Positions 19,191-28,947 of a stretch of 64,000 bases of DNA are shown in pieces (within the stretch, counting starts at the first letter, position 1; every line of letters starts with the position of its first letter). This DNA comes from Nanobdellota archaeon. GTDB taxonomy: Archaea; Nanobdellota; Nanobdellia; UBA10117; ARS21. The notes below the pieces were generated by a model that saw only the letters and a list, made by a program, of their open reading frames with translations, did no database searches and was not told where the DNA came from. The DNA lies in assembly GCA_014240455.1 (NCBI GenBank), contig JAAZWY010000003.1, forward strand, positions 1,327 to 65,326. The letters are read 5' to 3'. The position numbers and the translations under genes were made by a program.

Positions 19191-20072
19191 ATGGGACTTT
19201 TTAATAGGAAGAAACCAGCACCAATTTCAACACCCGCTGAAGACCTAACTCTACAAGAAAAAGTTCAACCGCTTCATGATCAAATAGTTGCCGATTTAAA
19301 TTCTGCAAAATTACATTTACAAAAAATAGCTGAAAAAGAAGAAGGACTAAGATATATTGTAGCACAAACAGATTTAACCGAAGATAATTTAGTCATAAGA
19401 AAAAATAGCATTTCAGAGTTACTTGATGGAGAAATTAAAGAGTTACAGGAAGAATTAATCGCAGTAAATAAACTTTCAGAAGATATACAGGCAAGCAATT
19501 ATGATTTATTATTACAACAGGCTTCAAACCAAACAACAGTAGATGAAACTAAATTTGATTCAATAAAGGACATGTCTGCAATGGCAGAGTCAACAGACAG
19601 CACAAGAAAAGAATTGGTAAAAAACGTAAAAGCAGCAGGAAGTGAGTACAAAAAATTAGCAACAGCGCTAAACACAAAAGTAGCGAGTCTAAAAACTCTT
19701 CTTGGAAGTTCAGACTCTAAGTTGATTGAATCTGAGAAGGCACACGTAGCTACGCTGATCAGTATGCTTGAAGCGCACAGAGATTTATTAACTCAAATAA
19801 AAGTACAAATGGACACAAATCCAAATATTGAACAAGTAAAACAAGCAAAGCAAAATATTCAAAATGCACTTGAGAAATATGATGCAAGAACAGAATCAGC
19901 AAAGTTAAACGAAATTCGAGAAGAAAACACTGCAATTGAAAAGAAGATAAGCAATTTCTTCACAGAATCCGCAGCAATCCTAGATTTAGAAAAACAAGTT
20001 GAAGCAAAAGCACACGCAATACAAGAAATTGCAGCAGAATTAAATGCAAATTCAAACCTTCTAGTTTTCTAA
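19191..20072 (+). CDS. coiled-coil protein with N-terminal MGLFNRKKP motif
   Basis: 293 aa; motif family member. Confidence 0.5.
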   Translation: MGLFNRKKPAPISTPAEDLTLQEKVQPLHDQIVADLNSAKLHLQKIAEKEEGLRYIVAQTDLTEDNLVIRKNSISELLDGEIKELQEELIAVNKLSEDIQASNYDLLLQQASNQTTVDETKFDSIKDMSAMAESTDSTRKELVKNVKAAGSEYKKLATALNTKVASLKTLLGSSDSKLIESEKAHVATLISMLEAHRDLLTQIKVQMDTNPNIEQVKQAKQNIQNALEKYDARTESAKLNEIREENTAIEKKISNFFTESAAILDLEKQVEAKAHAIQEIAAELNANSNLLVF

Positions 20073-20119
20073 CACAACCTAAGAAACCTTTATAATAATC
20101 ACACGACTTAAACTTACTA

Positions 20120-20698
20120 ATGGTAGAAATCGTAAATCCGTTAAGAAACGGTATTGAAATCATTGAAGCTTTCGGATTCTTTAATGTTGTACTTCCATTT
20201 ATTTTAGTATACGCATTAGTATATGGTGTCTTAATCAAAACAGACTTATTCAATTTCTCAAAATCCTCACAAGGACAGAATGTTTCAAATGTAATTGCTT
20301 TAGCAACAGCATTCTTTGTTGTAGCATCAACAGACGTAGTAAATCAAATGCTTGGAGTAATACCTCAGGCAACATTCATGCTTATTGTAATATTGTTTAT
20401 TCTAATGATTTTTGCAATGATGGGATTATCAAATGATAGTTGGTTTGGCGAAGGTTCAGTATTCGGAAAGTTAAAGGGAATTTTTGCACTAGTTATCGTA
20501 GGAATATTCCTATTAATGATTGACGCAGGTTCTCCAACCGGAATACCGGGATTACGTCAAATAAATGAAATTCTTCTAGGTCAGGGAGCGTTCGGATTAG
20601 CATCTCCTGAAGCACTAGGAACACTAATCGGAGTATCACTAGTTGTTCTCGTTCCAGTCGCAGTTGTATTGTTCCTAACTTGGAGCGGCAAGGATTAA
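20120..20698 (+). CDS. 4-TM membrane protein, paralog A
   Basis: 192 aa; conserved N-terminal GIEIIEAFGFFNVVLP. Confidence 0.5.
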   Translation: MVEIVNPLRNGIEIIEAFGFFNVVLPFILVYALVYGVLIKTDLFNFSKSSQGQNVSNVIALATAFFVVASTDVVNQMLGVIPQATFMLIVILFILMIFAMMGLSNDSWFGEGSVFGKLKGIFALVIVGIFLLMIDAGSPTGIPGLRQINEILLGQGAFGLASPEALGTLIGVSLVVLVPVAVVLFLTWSGKD

Positions 20699-20699
20699 A

Positions 20700-21350
20700 A
20701 TGGCAGCAGAAACACCACTCTTAGTAAAGGGAATAGAACTTCTAAGAGACCTGGGTTTCTACGATGTAATAATTCCTGGAGCATTAATAATCGCAGCAAC
20801 ATATGCGGTGTTAACAAAATTAGAGTTCTTCTCAGAGAATCGAGGAGTAAATATGGTCATTGCACTCTCAACAGGACTAATCATAATCTCATTCAGTCCA
20901 GCAGTAAAACTAATCTCATTATTTCTAGTATATTCTCTGATGTTGTTCTCGGCCGTGATGTTTCTAATGTTAATATTCGCATTCATGGGAGTAACAGAAA
21001 AGGACTTTGCAAATGTTGCAAAAGATTCAACAGTACATACTGCCATAATAGTAGGTTTAGTAATTATCGGAGTTATAGTTACGGCACAATCGCTACCTGC
21101 ATTCGGACAAGCACAAACAACTGAAGGAACAGAATTCGGATTTGAACCAATCGGAGGCGAGACCACAACAGATTCCGGAGATCTAAGAGAAGGAGACTTA
21201 CTATTAGCAGACGGACTAACTGGATCAAAAACAACAACAGAGGCAGGACTTGAAGTAATATTCAACCCTTCAGTATTATCAGTAATAATTATGTTTTTAA
21301 TATTTGCTGGAGCATCAATAATGATTTCCAGAGGAAAAAGAATAACTTAA
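20700..21350 (+). CDS. 4-TM membrane protein, paralog B with Thr-rich acidic tail
   Basis: 216 aa; GIELLRDLGFYDVIIP N-terminus parallels 20120 gene. Confidence 0.5.
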   Translation: MAAETPLLVKGIELLRDLGFYDVIIPGALIIAATYAVLTKLEFFSENRGVNMVIALSTGLIIISFSPAVKLISLFLVYSLMLFSAVMFLMLIFAFMGVTEKDFANVAKDSTVHTAIIVGLVIIGVIVTAQSLPAFGQAQTTEGTEFGFEPIGGETTTDSGDLREGDLLLADGLTGSKTTTEAGLEVIFNPSVLSVIIMFLIFAGASIMISRGKRIT

Positions 21351-21931
21351 ATTTCTGATTTTTCAGGAGAAACAGATTTTTTACCAACCATATCACTCAG
21401 CCTATTTACATTATCCGTAAATTGAGGAATAATCTTTTCAAAAACTTTACCCATTGCTTGGATTTCAACATTAACTCCTTGTAATGATTTATTGTATTCA
21501 TCAACTTTTCCAAGCATTGCATTTTGAGCATCACTAACTTTCTTATCTAATGCCTCAAGCTGAGATTTAAACTCTTTAACCTGTACATCAATTTCAGTTT
21601 TCCAAGACATAACCGAATCAAGTTCATCTTTAACAAGATTCCACTTTTCACCAATAATACTTTCAGCAATTTTTTCAATATCCTCAGTCAAAAGTTCTTG
21701 AGAAACGCCAACTCCAGACGGAGGCGCAGGAGTAGAATTTGGAATGCTAGGTGCAGCACTCAAACTTGTCTGAGGTCCAAAACTTGGAGGTGCTGACATT
21801 GGTCCGGGAGTGGAAGGAGCCGGCATTGGACCTGAAGGTGCTGGCGCGGAAGGACTAAATGAAGGAGGTTTAGGTAATTCAGGTAAGGCTCCACCTTTCT
21901 TTTCATCCTTTTTTCCAAAAATATCAACCAT
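21347..21931 (-). CDS. coiled-coil protein with N-terminal MVDIFGKKDEKKGG motif and Pro/Ser/Ala-rich linker
   Basis: 194 aa; same architecture as 775 gene. Confidence 0.5.
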   Translation of the reverse strand: MVDIFGKKDEKKGGALPELPKPPSFSPSAPAPSGPMPAPSTPGPMSAPPSFGPQTSLSAAPSIPNSTPAPPSGVGVSQELLTEDIEKIAESIIGEKWNLVKDELDSVMSWKTEIDVQVKEFKSQLEALDKKVSDAQNAMLGKVDEYNKSLQGVNVEIQAMGKVFEKIIPQFTDNVNRLSDMVGKKSVSPEKSEI

Positions 21932-22326
21932 TATCTTTCCTCATCTCCAGAAACGCTTTGAACACGCTTTTTGCCTTTCGATATATCCAGAGGGTTCCAG
22001 AAATTTATATATCTTTCCAAAACTTGGACATCTTGTTTAGTCGCAAAATTGCTCAATTGTGCATTCAGACGCACTATTTCATTTTTCAGATCAGTAATCT
22101 GTGAGTTAAAATCTTTAGTTTTAGTACTAAGTTCAGACAAACCAGAGGTAGCAGATTTATGTTTATCAACCAAATTATTCTCAATTAAATCAATTTGATC
22201 ACGCAAATCCCTCATTCGGTCTTCAATAAGCCCGACTCGCCTATTCAGTTTAGCTATTTCTCCAAGAACATTTCCAGAGGCTTCTTGAGACACCTTTTGT
22301 GGCATTTGAAAGGGTTTCGGTTCCAT
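21931..22326 (-). CDS. coiled-coil hypothetical protein
   Basis: ORF trimmed to MEPKPFQ...; start of 21347 gene shares its last stop base (operon). Confidence 0.45.
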   Translation of the reverse strand: MEPKPFQMPQKVSQEASGNVLGEIAKLNRRVGLIEDRMRDLRDQIDLIENNLVDKHKSATSGLSELSTKTKDFNSQITDLKNEIVRLNAQLSNFATKQDVQVLERYINFWNPLDISKGKKRVQSVSGDEER

Positions 22327-22373
22327 GATAAAGTATATATTATAAGTCGAGTTTATATTTAAGTATATCCACC
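22327..22373. promoter_or_regulatory. divergent AT-rich intergenic promoter region with TATA-like boxes
   Basis: tatatatt and tttatattta elements between divergent coiled-coil operon and secretion ATPase. Confidence 0.35.
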
Positions 22374-24629
22374 ATGGCTTCCAAAAATCCGTATCGAATT
22401 GTAGAAGAACCTGGTCAGAGAATTCTTGAGATTGATTATTCAAAAAATGTATTAACACCTTCAATTGAATCAAGCGAACCAGTTATGGCAGATACAATAA
22501 ACAAACTAATCAAAACTGGAAAGGTTTCTCAAATAATGTTCAAACAACAAGAAGATTACATTTATCCTCTTGATCAGACAACAATGCTATTAGAAATTGC
22601 AAACCTAATATCTGAATTCATAGATCGAACAAAACTACTATCTGAGGATTTCATAAAAGTTGCAGACGATACAAATCAATATTCAGACCGAATGGAATTT
22701 CTAAAATCTGCAATTAACTACGGATTAAGAGAAGATCCAATTGCATCATATCTAAGAGTAGTAACAAGATTACATTCTGAAAAAGCAAAGATGGATCTAA
22801 AAGACAATCTGAGAAAAGATTCACTACAAATATTTATCACAACTCTAGACACAATACGAGAACGACTAGAAACACTTTCCATACTAAAACTCGCTCAACC
22901 ATATCTACAAGAACACAAACCCGGAAGCAGAAAAATATATTCCAAGTTATTCAATCCAATAATAAAGCCAAATTTTCTCTATGCAAAATTAGTTACAAAA
23001 TTCCCAACTGGAGCTCAAGAATTAGATGCATACAAACTTCCGGACGGATCAAAAGTTGTAATCCTAAGATTACCTGATGAGATCAGACCAGTTTACCACC
23101 TAACACCTCCGGAATTTAATCTAACTGAAGATCGATATTCACTTTTAGGTGAAGCAAAAAGAATTGTGGCAGAACACAAACCACAACAATCAGAATTCAT
23201 AGATCCTCAAAGAACAAGAGAAATCTTCCAATCAGTAGAGCAAGATTTACTTCAAGATCTAAGTACTTCAAGAAGAGTCGAATTGAAAGATGGAGAAATT
23301 GAACAACTCGCACAGATTCTAGTAAGACACACGCTGGGTTTCGGACTGGCAGAAATAATCCTGGGAGATTCAAAAATCCAAGATATTTCAGTAAACGCAC
23401 CATCAAACCTAAATGAAATATCAGTTGTACATCAAGATCACGGAGAATGCATAACAAATATCACTCTAACAAACAAAGAAGTTGAAGGATGGGCAACAAA
23501 ACTCAGATTAATTAGTGGAAGACCTCTTGACGAGGCAAATCCAGTTCTTGATACAAGTCTAACTCTCGCAAATGCAATGGCAAGAGTATCAGCAATCCAA
23601 CCACCGCTTAGTCCTCAAGGATTAGCATTTTCATTCAGAAGACATAGAAGCAGGCCTTGGACTTTTCCATTATTCATAGAAAACAAAATGATGAATCCTC
23701 TGGCAGCAGCACTAATGAGTTTCTTAATCGACGGAGGAAGAACCATCCTGTTTGCAGGAACTCGTTCTTCAGGAAAGACTTCATTACTTTCTGCAGCAAT
23801 AGTAGAATTAATGCGATCTACTAGAATAATTACAGTCGAAGATACATTAGAACTCCCAATAACAAAATATCAAGATCTAAAATATGATATTCAATCCATG
23901 AAAGTTCAATCAGTAATAACTCAAGGAGAATCAGAATTAACTGCAACAGACGGAATCAGAACAAGTCTAAGACTTGGAGACTCAGCACTGATCGTAGGAG
24001 AAGTTCGTTCCAAAGAAGCAGTTGCATTATATGAAGCAATGAGAGTGGGAGCATTAGCAAACGTAGTCATGGGAACAATTCACGGAGATTCACCATATTC
24101 AATTTATGACAGAGTTGTAAACGATCTAGGAGTGCAAAAAACTTCATTCAAAGCAACAGATATAATTATAGTTTCAAATCCAGTAAAGTCCGCCTCAGGT
24201 ATTGGAAAACTAAGACGTGTAATTCAAATTTCAGAAGTTAGAAAAGAGTGGGAAGAGGATCCTCTAAGAGAACACGGGTTTGTAGACTTGATGGTTTATA
24301 ATCCAAAAACCGATACACTTGAACCAACCGATGCATTAATCCAAGGAGAAAGTGTTGTCCTAAAATCAATTGCATCAAGAGTTGCAGAATGGGTCGGTGA
24401 CTGGGACGCAGTTTGGGAAAACATCCAATTAAGAGCAAAAATAAAAGAAAAAATAGTTGAGCTCGGAAAAGAAAATCCAGAAATTCTAGAAGCAGAAATA
24501 ACTATCCAAGCCAATGACATGTTCCACAGAATTAGCGAAGACCTATTTGAAAAAGAAGGTCGTTCAGATCCAGAAAAAATCTATCAAGAATGGGAGGAAT
24601 GGCTGACTTCTAAACTCAGTAAATTATAA
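22374..24629 (+). CDS. type II/IV secretion ATPase (FlaI/GspE/VirB11 family), pilus or archaellum assembly ATPase
   Basis: Walker A GTRSSGKTS, Walker B-like ALIVGEVRSKEA, 751 aa with long N-terminal domain. Confidence 0.85.
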   Translation: MASKNPYRIVEEPGQRILEIDYSKNVLTPSIESSEPVMADTINKLIKTGKVSQIMFKQQEDYIYPLDQTTMLLEIANLISEFIDRTKLLSEDFIKVADDTNQYSDRMEFLKSAINYGLREDPIASYLRVVTRLHSEKAKMDLKDNLRKDSLQIFITTLDTIRERLETLSILKLAQPYLQEHKPGSRKIYSKLFNPIIKPNFLYAKLVTKFPTGAQELDAYKLPDGSKVVILRLPDEIRPVYHLTPPEFNLTEDRYSLLGEAKRIVAEHKPQQSEFIDPQRTREIFQSVEQDLLQDLSTSRRVELKDGEIEQLAQILVRHTLGFGLAEIILGDSKIQDISVNAPSNLNEISVVHQDHGECITNITLTNKEVEGWATKLRLISGRPLDEANPVLDTSLTLANAMARVSAIQPPLSPQGLAFSFRRHRSRPWTFPLFIENKMMNPLAAALMSFLIDGGRTILFAGTRSSGKTSLLSAAIVELMRSTRIITVEDTLELPITKYQDLKYDIQSMKVQSVITQGESELTATDGIRTSLRLGDSALIVGEVRSKEAVALYEAMRVGALANVVMGTIHGDSPYSIYDRVVNDLGVQKTSFKATDIIIVSNPVKSASGIGKLRRVIQISEVRKEWEEDPLREHGFVDLMVYNPKTDTLEPTDALIQGESVVLKSIASRVAEWVGDWDAVWENIQLRAKIKEKIVELGKENPEILEAEITIQANDMFHRISEDLFEKEGRSDPEKIYQEWEEWLTSKLSKL

Positions 24630-24631
24630 TT

Positions 24632-26656
24632 GTGGCAAACGAATTTGAAAAGCGACTAGAAAAAGCTGAAGGTACGTCGGAACAACAGCCACAAATATCT
24701 TACTCGCAAGCATATGAACAATTCAAAGCAGATCAAACAACTGCAATTACTTCAACTTACGAACGTGCAGCAAACTTCGCAGGAAAAATTCTAAAATTAA
24801 AAGTCAAAGAAGCAGACAGAGAAAAACTAGAGCGATACATACAAATGACTCACATGAATATCCAACCAGAGTATGTAAATTCTCTAGCACTACTTTCAGC
24901 AATTCCATTTCTGATCGCAGCAATTGCAACGTTCATCATTACAGACTCAATATTTTTCCCAGCACTTCTATTTGGCTCAGCAATATTTGCATTATATTAT
25001 TTTGCAAATACTCCAAAACACATATATGATTCTTGGAGAGCAAGAGCGTCAGACCAAATAATGCTTACTGTATTGTATATAGTCATTCACATGAAACGAG
25101 ATTCAAATCTCGAAAGAGCAATTTTGTTCGTAGCAAACCAAACAGCACCACCAATTTCATTAGATTTTATGAAAATTCTATGGGATTTTGAAACAAAAAA
25201 ATATAGCACAGTTCAAGAATCGCTTGATGTTTATTTGGAAACTTGGAAAGAATCAGAACCGGCATTTGTTGATGCCATGCATTTAGTAGAATCCTCCTTG
25301 GCTCAACCAAATTCAGAACAAGCAAGAAAAACATTGGATAAGGCCAATGATGTAATTACTCAAGGAATCCAAGATAACATGACTCACTTCGCGCACAATC
25401 TAAAAAACCCAGTACAAATGATTCACATGCTTGGAATCGTTCTTCCATTATTGATGCTTGTAATGCTTCCAATGATTGGTGCGTTCCTAGCAGATAGCAT
25501 TAATGCAGCACAGTTAATTACTATTTACAACGTAGTACTTCCAATATTCGTATTCATCACTGCGAGAAATATAATTGCAGTTCGGCCGGGCGGAGCAAGC
25601 GTACAAAACAAGCGATTAATTGAAGCAGCACCGAAAGCAGGAGCAAAACCGCTAGTATTCTCTGCAGCAGTATTTACAATAATTGTTCTACCTGCAATCT
25701 TAGTACTCGCATCAATAATAACTTCGGGAAACTGGGAAACATTAAAGTTTGAGAATTCAGTATTCTTTCTAACGCTCGCAATAATTTTTGCAACAGGTTT
25801 AGCAGCATATGTTTACTTCCATTTCAAAAATAAAGACTTAATTAAATTAAAAGGTAAGATTGAAAATATAGAAGATCAATTCTCCTCAGCAATATTCCAA
25901 CTTGGAAATAGAATCGGAGAAAACATTCCGGCAGAAGCAGCATTCGGACACGTAGCAGAAAACATGAAAGGTAGTGAAATAGCAAAATTCTTTGAAATAG
26001 TTGATTCAAATATACGACAGAGTGGAATGACTCTAGACGATGCAATTTTTGACCCAAAAAACGGAGCCAGTAATTTATACCCTTCAGAATTAATAGATTC
26101 TATCATGAAACTGCTCTTAGAAGCAGTTAAGAAAAGCCCAAAAGTGGCAGCAGAATCGATGACTTCTTTGTCAAAATACCTACAAAAAATGCATCAAGTT
26201 AAGGAAAGAATGACTGATTTGCTTTCAGATACACTTTCATCGATGAGAATGCAGGCCTCATTCCTCGCACCACTAGTTTCAGCACTAGTTGTAAGCCTTT
26301 CAGTACTAATAACTCGAGTATTAATGAATTTAACTTCTCAACTTGATACGCTCCAAACTTCAGGAACGGGAGATGCAGGACTTGGATTCGGAACAGGATT
26401 AGCCTCAATTTTCAAAGTTGAAGCGGCAATGCCTCCATATTTGTTACAATTAATGGTCGGATTTTATATAATTCAAGTAGTATTCTTGCTCAGCTATGCG
26501 CTCTCAGGAATTGTAAAGGGTCCAGGAAAGATAGATTTCCAATGGACTTTTTCTCAAAATATTCTAAGAAGTACGCTTCTCTACTGCGGACTAACATTAG
26601 TAGGAACAATAATATTCTCATCCCTAGCATTCATTGTAACAGCTGCAGTCGCATAA
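24632..26656 (+). CDS. FlaJ/TadC/GspF-family polytopic platform membrane protein
   Basis: 674 aa, two groups of TM helices separated by cytoplasmic domains, immediately downstream of ATPase. Confidence 0.8.
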   Translation: MANEFEKRLEKAEGTSEQQPQISYSQAYEQFKADQTTAITSTYERAANFAGKILKLKVKEADREKLERYIQMTHMNIQPEYVNSLALLSAIPFLIAAIATFIITDSIFFPALLFGSAIFALYYFANTPKHIYDSWRARASDQIMLTVLYIVIHMKRDSNLERAILFVANQTAPPISLDFMKILWDFETKKYSTVQESLDVYLETWKESEPAFVDAMHLVESSLAQPNSEQARKTLDKANDVITQGIQDNMTHFAHNLKNPVQMIHMLGIVLPLLMLVMLPMIGAFLADSINAAQLITIYNVVLPIFVFITARNIIAVRPGGASVQNKRLIEAAPKAGAKPLVFSAAVFTIIVLPAILVLASIITSGNWETLKFENSVFFLTLAIIFATGLAAYVYFHFKNKDLIKLKGKIENIEDQFSSAIFQLGNRIGENIPAEAAFGHVAENMKGSEIAKFFEIVDSNIRQSGMTLDDAIFDPKNGASNLYPSELIDSIMKLLLEAVKKSPKVAAESMTSLSKYLQKMHQVKERMTDLLSDTLSSMRMQASFLAPLVSALVVSLSVLITRVLMNLTSQLDTLQTSGTGDAGLGFGTGLASIFKVEAAMPPYLLQLMVGFYIIQVVFLLSYALSGIVKGPGKIDFQWTFSQNILRSTLLYCGLTLVGTIIFSSLAFIVTAAVA

Positions 26657-26695
26657 CACAAAAACTATATAAAAACCCGCGCGCATAATACAACA

Positions 26696-27133
26696 ATGTC
26701 AAAGCGCGCTCAAATTAGTATGAACACAATCGTGTATGTATCAATCGCACTACTTGTTCTAATATTAATTGTCGCATTTACGACTGGTGGACTTGGAAAC
26801 CTATTTGGGCAGGTTGGAGAGACAGGCCCGGGTGAACTTGATTCAGCAAAAGCTCGTTGTACGACAATATGTAACTCACTGAAAACTGAAGTAGCAACAA
26901 GCGGACATTCTGGATGGACAACTTCACAATACTGTACTGAAGAATTTAGCATCGACATCGACGGAAGCGGAGATATTGACGCTAATGAAATAATTAATTG
27001 TGACGATGTACCAATCTCAACAGCGTGTTCAACAACTTCTTCCACTGCACTTGGAACTTTGTCATTGACAGAAGTTGAATGTAATCCTGCCAAATATTCA
27101 GACGCACTAGACGGATTAAAGACCGGAGCATAA
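26696..27133 (+). CDS. class III signal peptide (type IV pilin-like) protein, Cys-rich
   Basis: MSKRAQ|ISMNTIVYVSIALLVLILIVAF prepilin-like N-terminus. Confidence 0.65.
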   Translation: MSKRAQISMNTIVYVSIALLVLILIVAFTTGGLGNLFGQVGETGPGELDSAKARCTTICNSLKTEVATSGHSGWTTSQYCTEEFSIDIDGSGDIDANEIINCDDVPISTACSTTSSTALGTLSLTEVECNPAKYSDALDGLKTGA

Positions 27134-27134
27134 T

Positions 27135-27482
27135 ATGAAAAAAGGTCAATTGAGTATCAATACAATTGTTGTAACAATAATCGCACTAGCAGTTTTAATC
27201 ACACTAATACTTTTCTTCACTGGAAAGTTCGCAGACTTTTCACAAGGAGTTTCGGAGTTCGACCAAGAAGATACAACATCTGAAGCAGGATGCCAAGTAG
27301 CTTGTAATCTTGAAAAGTCTGGAGCCGGAACACCGTTTACTGACAAGCCAGAATGTGCACCCTTAGTACCTGATTGTGATTTACCAGAAGATTCAGGACA
27401 ATCTTCAAGTCCTTCCGCGCCAGCACCTTCAGGTTCTTCACCTGATGATTCAGGCTCAACCTCCGAAACAATATCATCGTAA
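27135..27482 (+). CDS. class III signal peptide pilin-like protein with Ser/Pro-rich tail
   Basis: MKKGQ|LSINTIVVTIIALAVLITLILFF; C-terminal SSSPSAPAPSGSSPDDSGSTSE. Confidence 0.7.
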   Translation: MKKGQLSINTIVVTIIALAVLITLILFFTGKFADFSQGVSEFDQEDTTSEAGCQVACNLEKSGAGTPFTDKPECAPLVPDCDLPEDSGQSSSPSAPAPSGSSPDDSGSTSETISS

Positions 27483-27520
27483 CTGCCTAAACTATTTATA
27501 TCACAATAACTTCTCTAATT

Positions 27521-27625
27521 ATGAAAGGACAAACTAATCCAATGGCTTGGGTTTCAATGCTTATTCTCGCAATCGTTGTAGTAGTCATTGGTATAATGAT
27601 TGTAAAAAATGGATTATTTCAATAA
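27521..27625 (+). CDS. 34-aa class III signal peptide-only mini-pilin
   Basis: MKGQTNPMAWVSMLILAIVVVVIGIMIVKNGLFQ; below ORF-track size cutoff. Confidence 0.4.
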   Translation: MKGQTNPMAWVSMLILAIVVVVIGIMIVKNGLFQ

Positions 27626-28613
27626 ACGCGGAGGAGTAAATTTTCAAGTTGTAGCAATAGTTATGGCAATCGTTAGTTTCGGAGTTGCAATAATGATATA
27701 CGCAGGTGTTGGAGATGTTGTTATGGAGAATGCAGATTTTAATTGCATTGTCGGAAATCGACTAGCAAATTTAGCAGGATCAACATCAAATCCTTGCCGA
27801 ACAACCCTCGCAACAATTGAGCAAATTGATTTCAAGGAAGATTTAACTGTAAATCATTTAGAATGTCCTCAAATAAGTAGCACAGGTTGGGACATAAAAA
27901 CAGTAGCAAAGAATTGCGGAGCAGTAAAACTGGCAGACAAAGGAGTAATATGCTGGATAAATTATTTGAGTGGAGAAGGAACTCTCCAAACTTCAACCTG
28001 CTATAATTTATGTATGAAACCGTCTTACGGAAGTATTGAAGTCAAAGATTCCGAAGGAGTAATTCCACTGGAATTCACGGGATTAACTGCAGAAAATCTG
28101 AAGATATTTGAAGACGATGGATTTAATTCCAAAAATCCACAACATTTGAGAAATCTAAAAGACACATCTGAAAGATTAGAACTATCTCTAACTACCGAAG
28201 GAATAGAATACAAAAAACTTCGAAGCGGAGATTTAACAATAGTAGTTGAGATTCCATTCCAAGATATTTATGTTTCAGACATTGCTTATGTTTTTGAAGA
28301 AGAGCAAACAAGCACAGGCGGAAACCGAGGAGAACGCTACACAGATAAAATCAGCAAAGACAATCTTCGAATGAATACCGTTTCATATTATGATCAAGGA
28401 CCTTTTGACTTTGACACAAACACATTCAGACCAAGTACCGACAATGATGAACTGTTCACTTTCAACCAAGATGAATCTTGGATAATTCAGTATCAAGACT
28501 CCGAAGATTGGGCAAGAGTTCCTTTCCTTGGAGAAGCTTCAGACATAAGTGGTTATTGGGATACAGATATCTCTGAAGATTCTCTGAACTACGGATACAA
28601 CGGCGTCTGCTAA
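27609..28613 (+). CDS. pilin-like protein with large Cys-containing globular domain
   Basis: MDYFNKRGG|VNFQVVAIVMAIVSFGVAIMIYAG. Confidence 0.55.
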   Translation: MDYFNKRGGVNFQVVAIVMAIVSFGVAIMIYAGVGDVVMENADFNCIVGNRLANLAGSTSNPCRTTLATIEQIDFKEDLTVNHLECPQISSTGWDIKTVAKNCGAVKLADKGVICWINYLSGEGTLQTSTCYNLCMKPSYGSIEVKDSEGVIPLEFTGLTAENLKIFEDDGFNSKNPQHLRNLKDTSERLELSLTTEGIEYKKLRSGDLTIVVEIPFQDIYVSDIAYVFEEEQTSTGGNRGERYTDKISKDNLRMNTVSYYDQGPFDFDTNTFRPSTDNDELFTFNQDESWIIQYQDSEDWARVPFLGEASDISGYWDTDISEDSLNYGYNGVC

Positions 28614-28645
28614 AGTTTTTATATCTCAAAGGATTCTCATAATCT

Positions 28646-28795
28646 ATGCGACGAGCTCAAGCCAACTGGCAAGTTATCACTCTATTGATTGCAGTCATAT
28701 TTTTGCTAATTTTCATAGGATTCGTAGTTGCACTGAAAGGAGGTTCAACTGAGTTAGTAGATAAAATCGGAAACTCAATAAGAAATCTAATATAA
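28646..28795 (+). CDS. 49-aa class III signal peptide mini-pilin
   Basis: MRRAQ|ANWQVITLLIAVIFLLIFIGFVVAL; not in ORF track. Confidence 0.4.
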   Translation: MRRAQANWQVITLLIAVIFLLIFIGFVVALKGGSTELVDKIGNSIRNLI

Positions 28796-28947
28796 TGGAA
28801 CTAGCACTCAAGCAAATCATCATGATAATTATTGGAATTGTAATTGCAACACTAATAATTCTCTTCGTTCTAGGAAAAATCGGGGTTGAAGGAAGTATAA
28901 CTCAAACAATTCTTGATTTAATGAGCTCGGCAGGAGAAGGAGTATGA
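28795..28947 (+). CDS. 50-aa single-TM peptide
   Basis: MELALKQIIMIIIGIVIATLIILFVLG; 1-nt overlap with upstream stop and downstream start. Confidence 0.35.
   Translation: MELALKQIIMIIIGIVIATLIILFVLGKIGVEGSITQTILDLMSSAGEGV

Noticed and set aside
20759-21265. 168-aa minus-strand ORF
   Set aside because: Antisense to the membrane paralog B gene.
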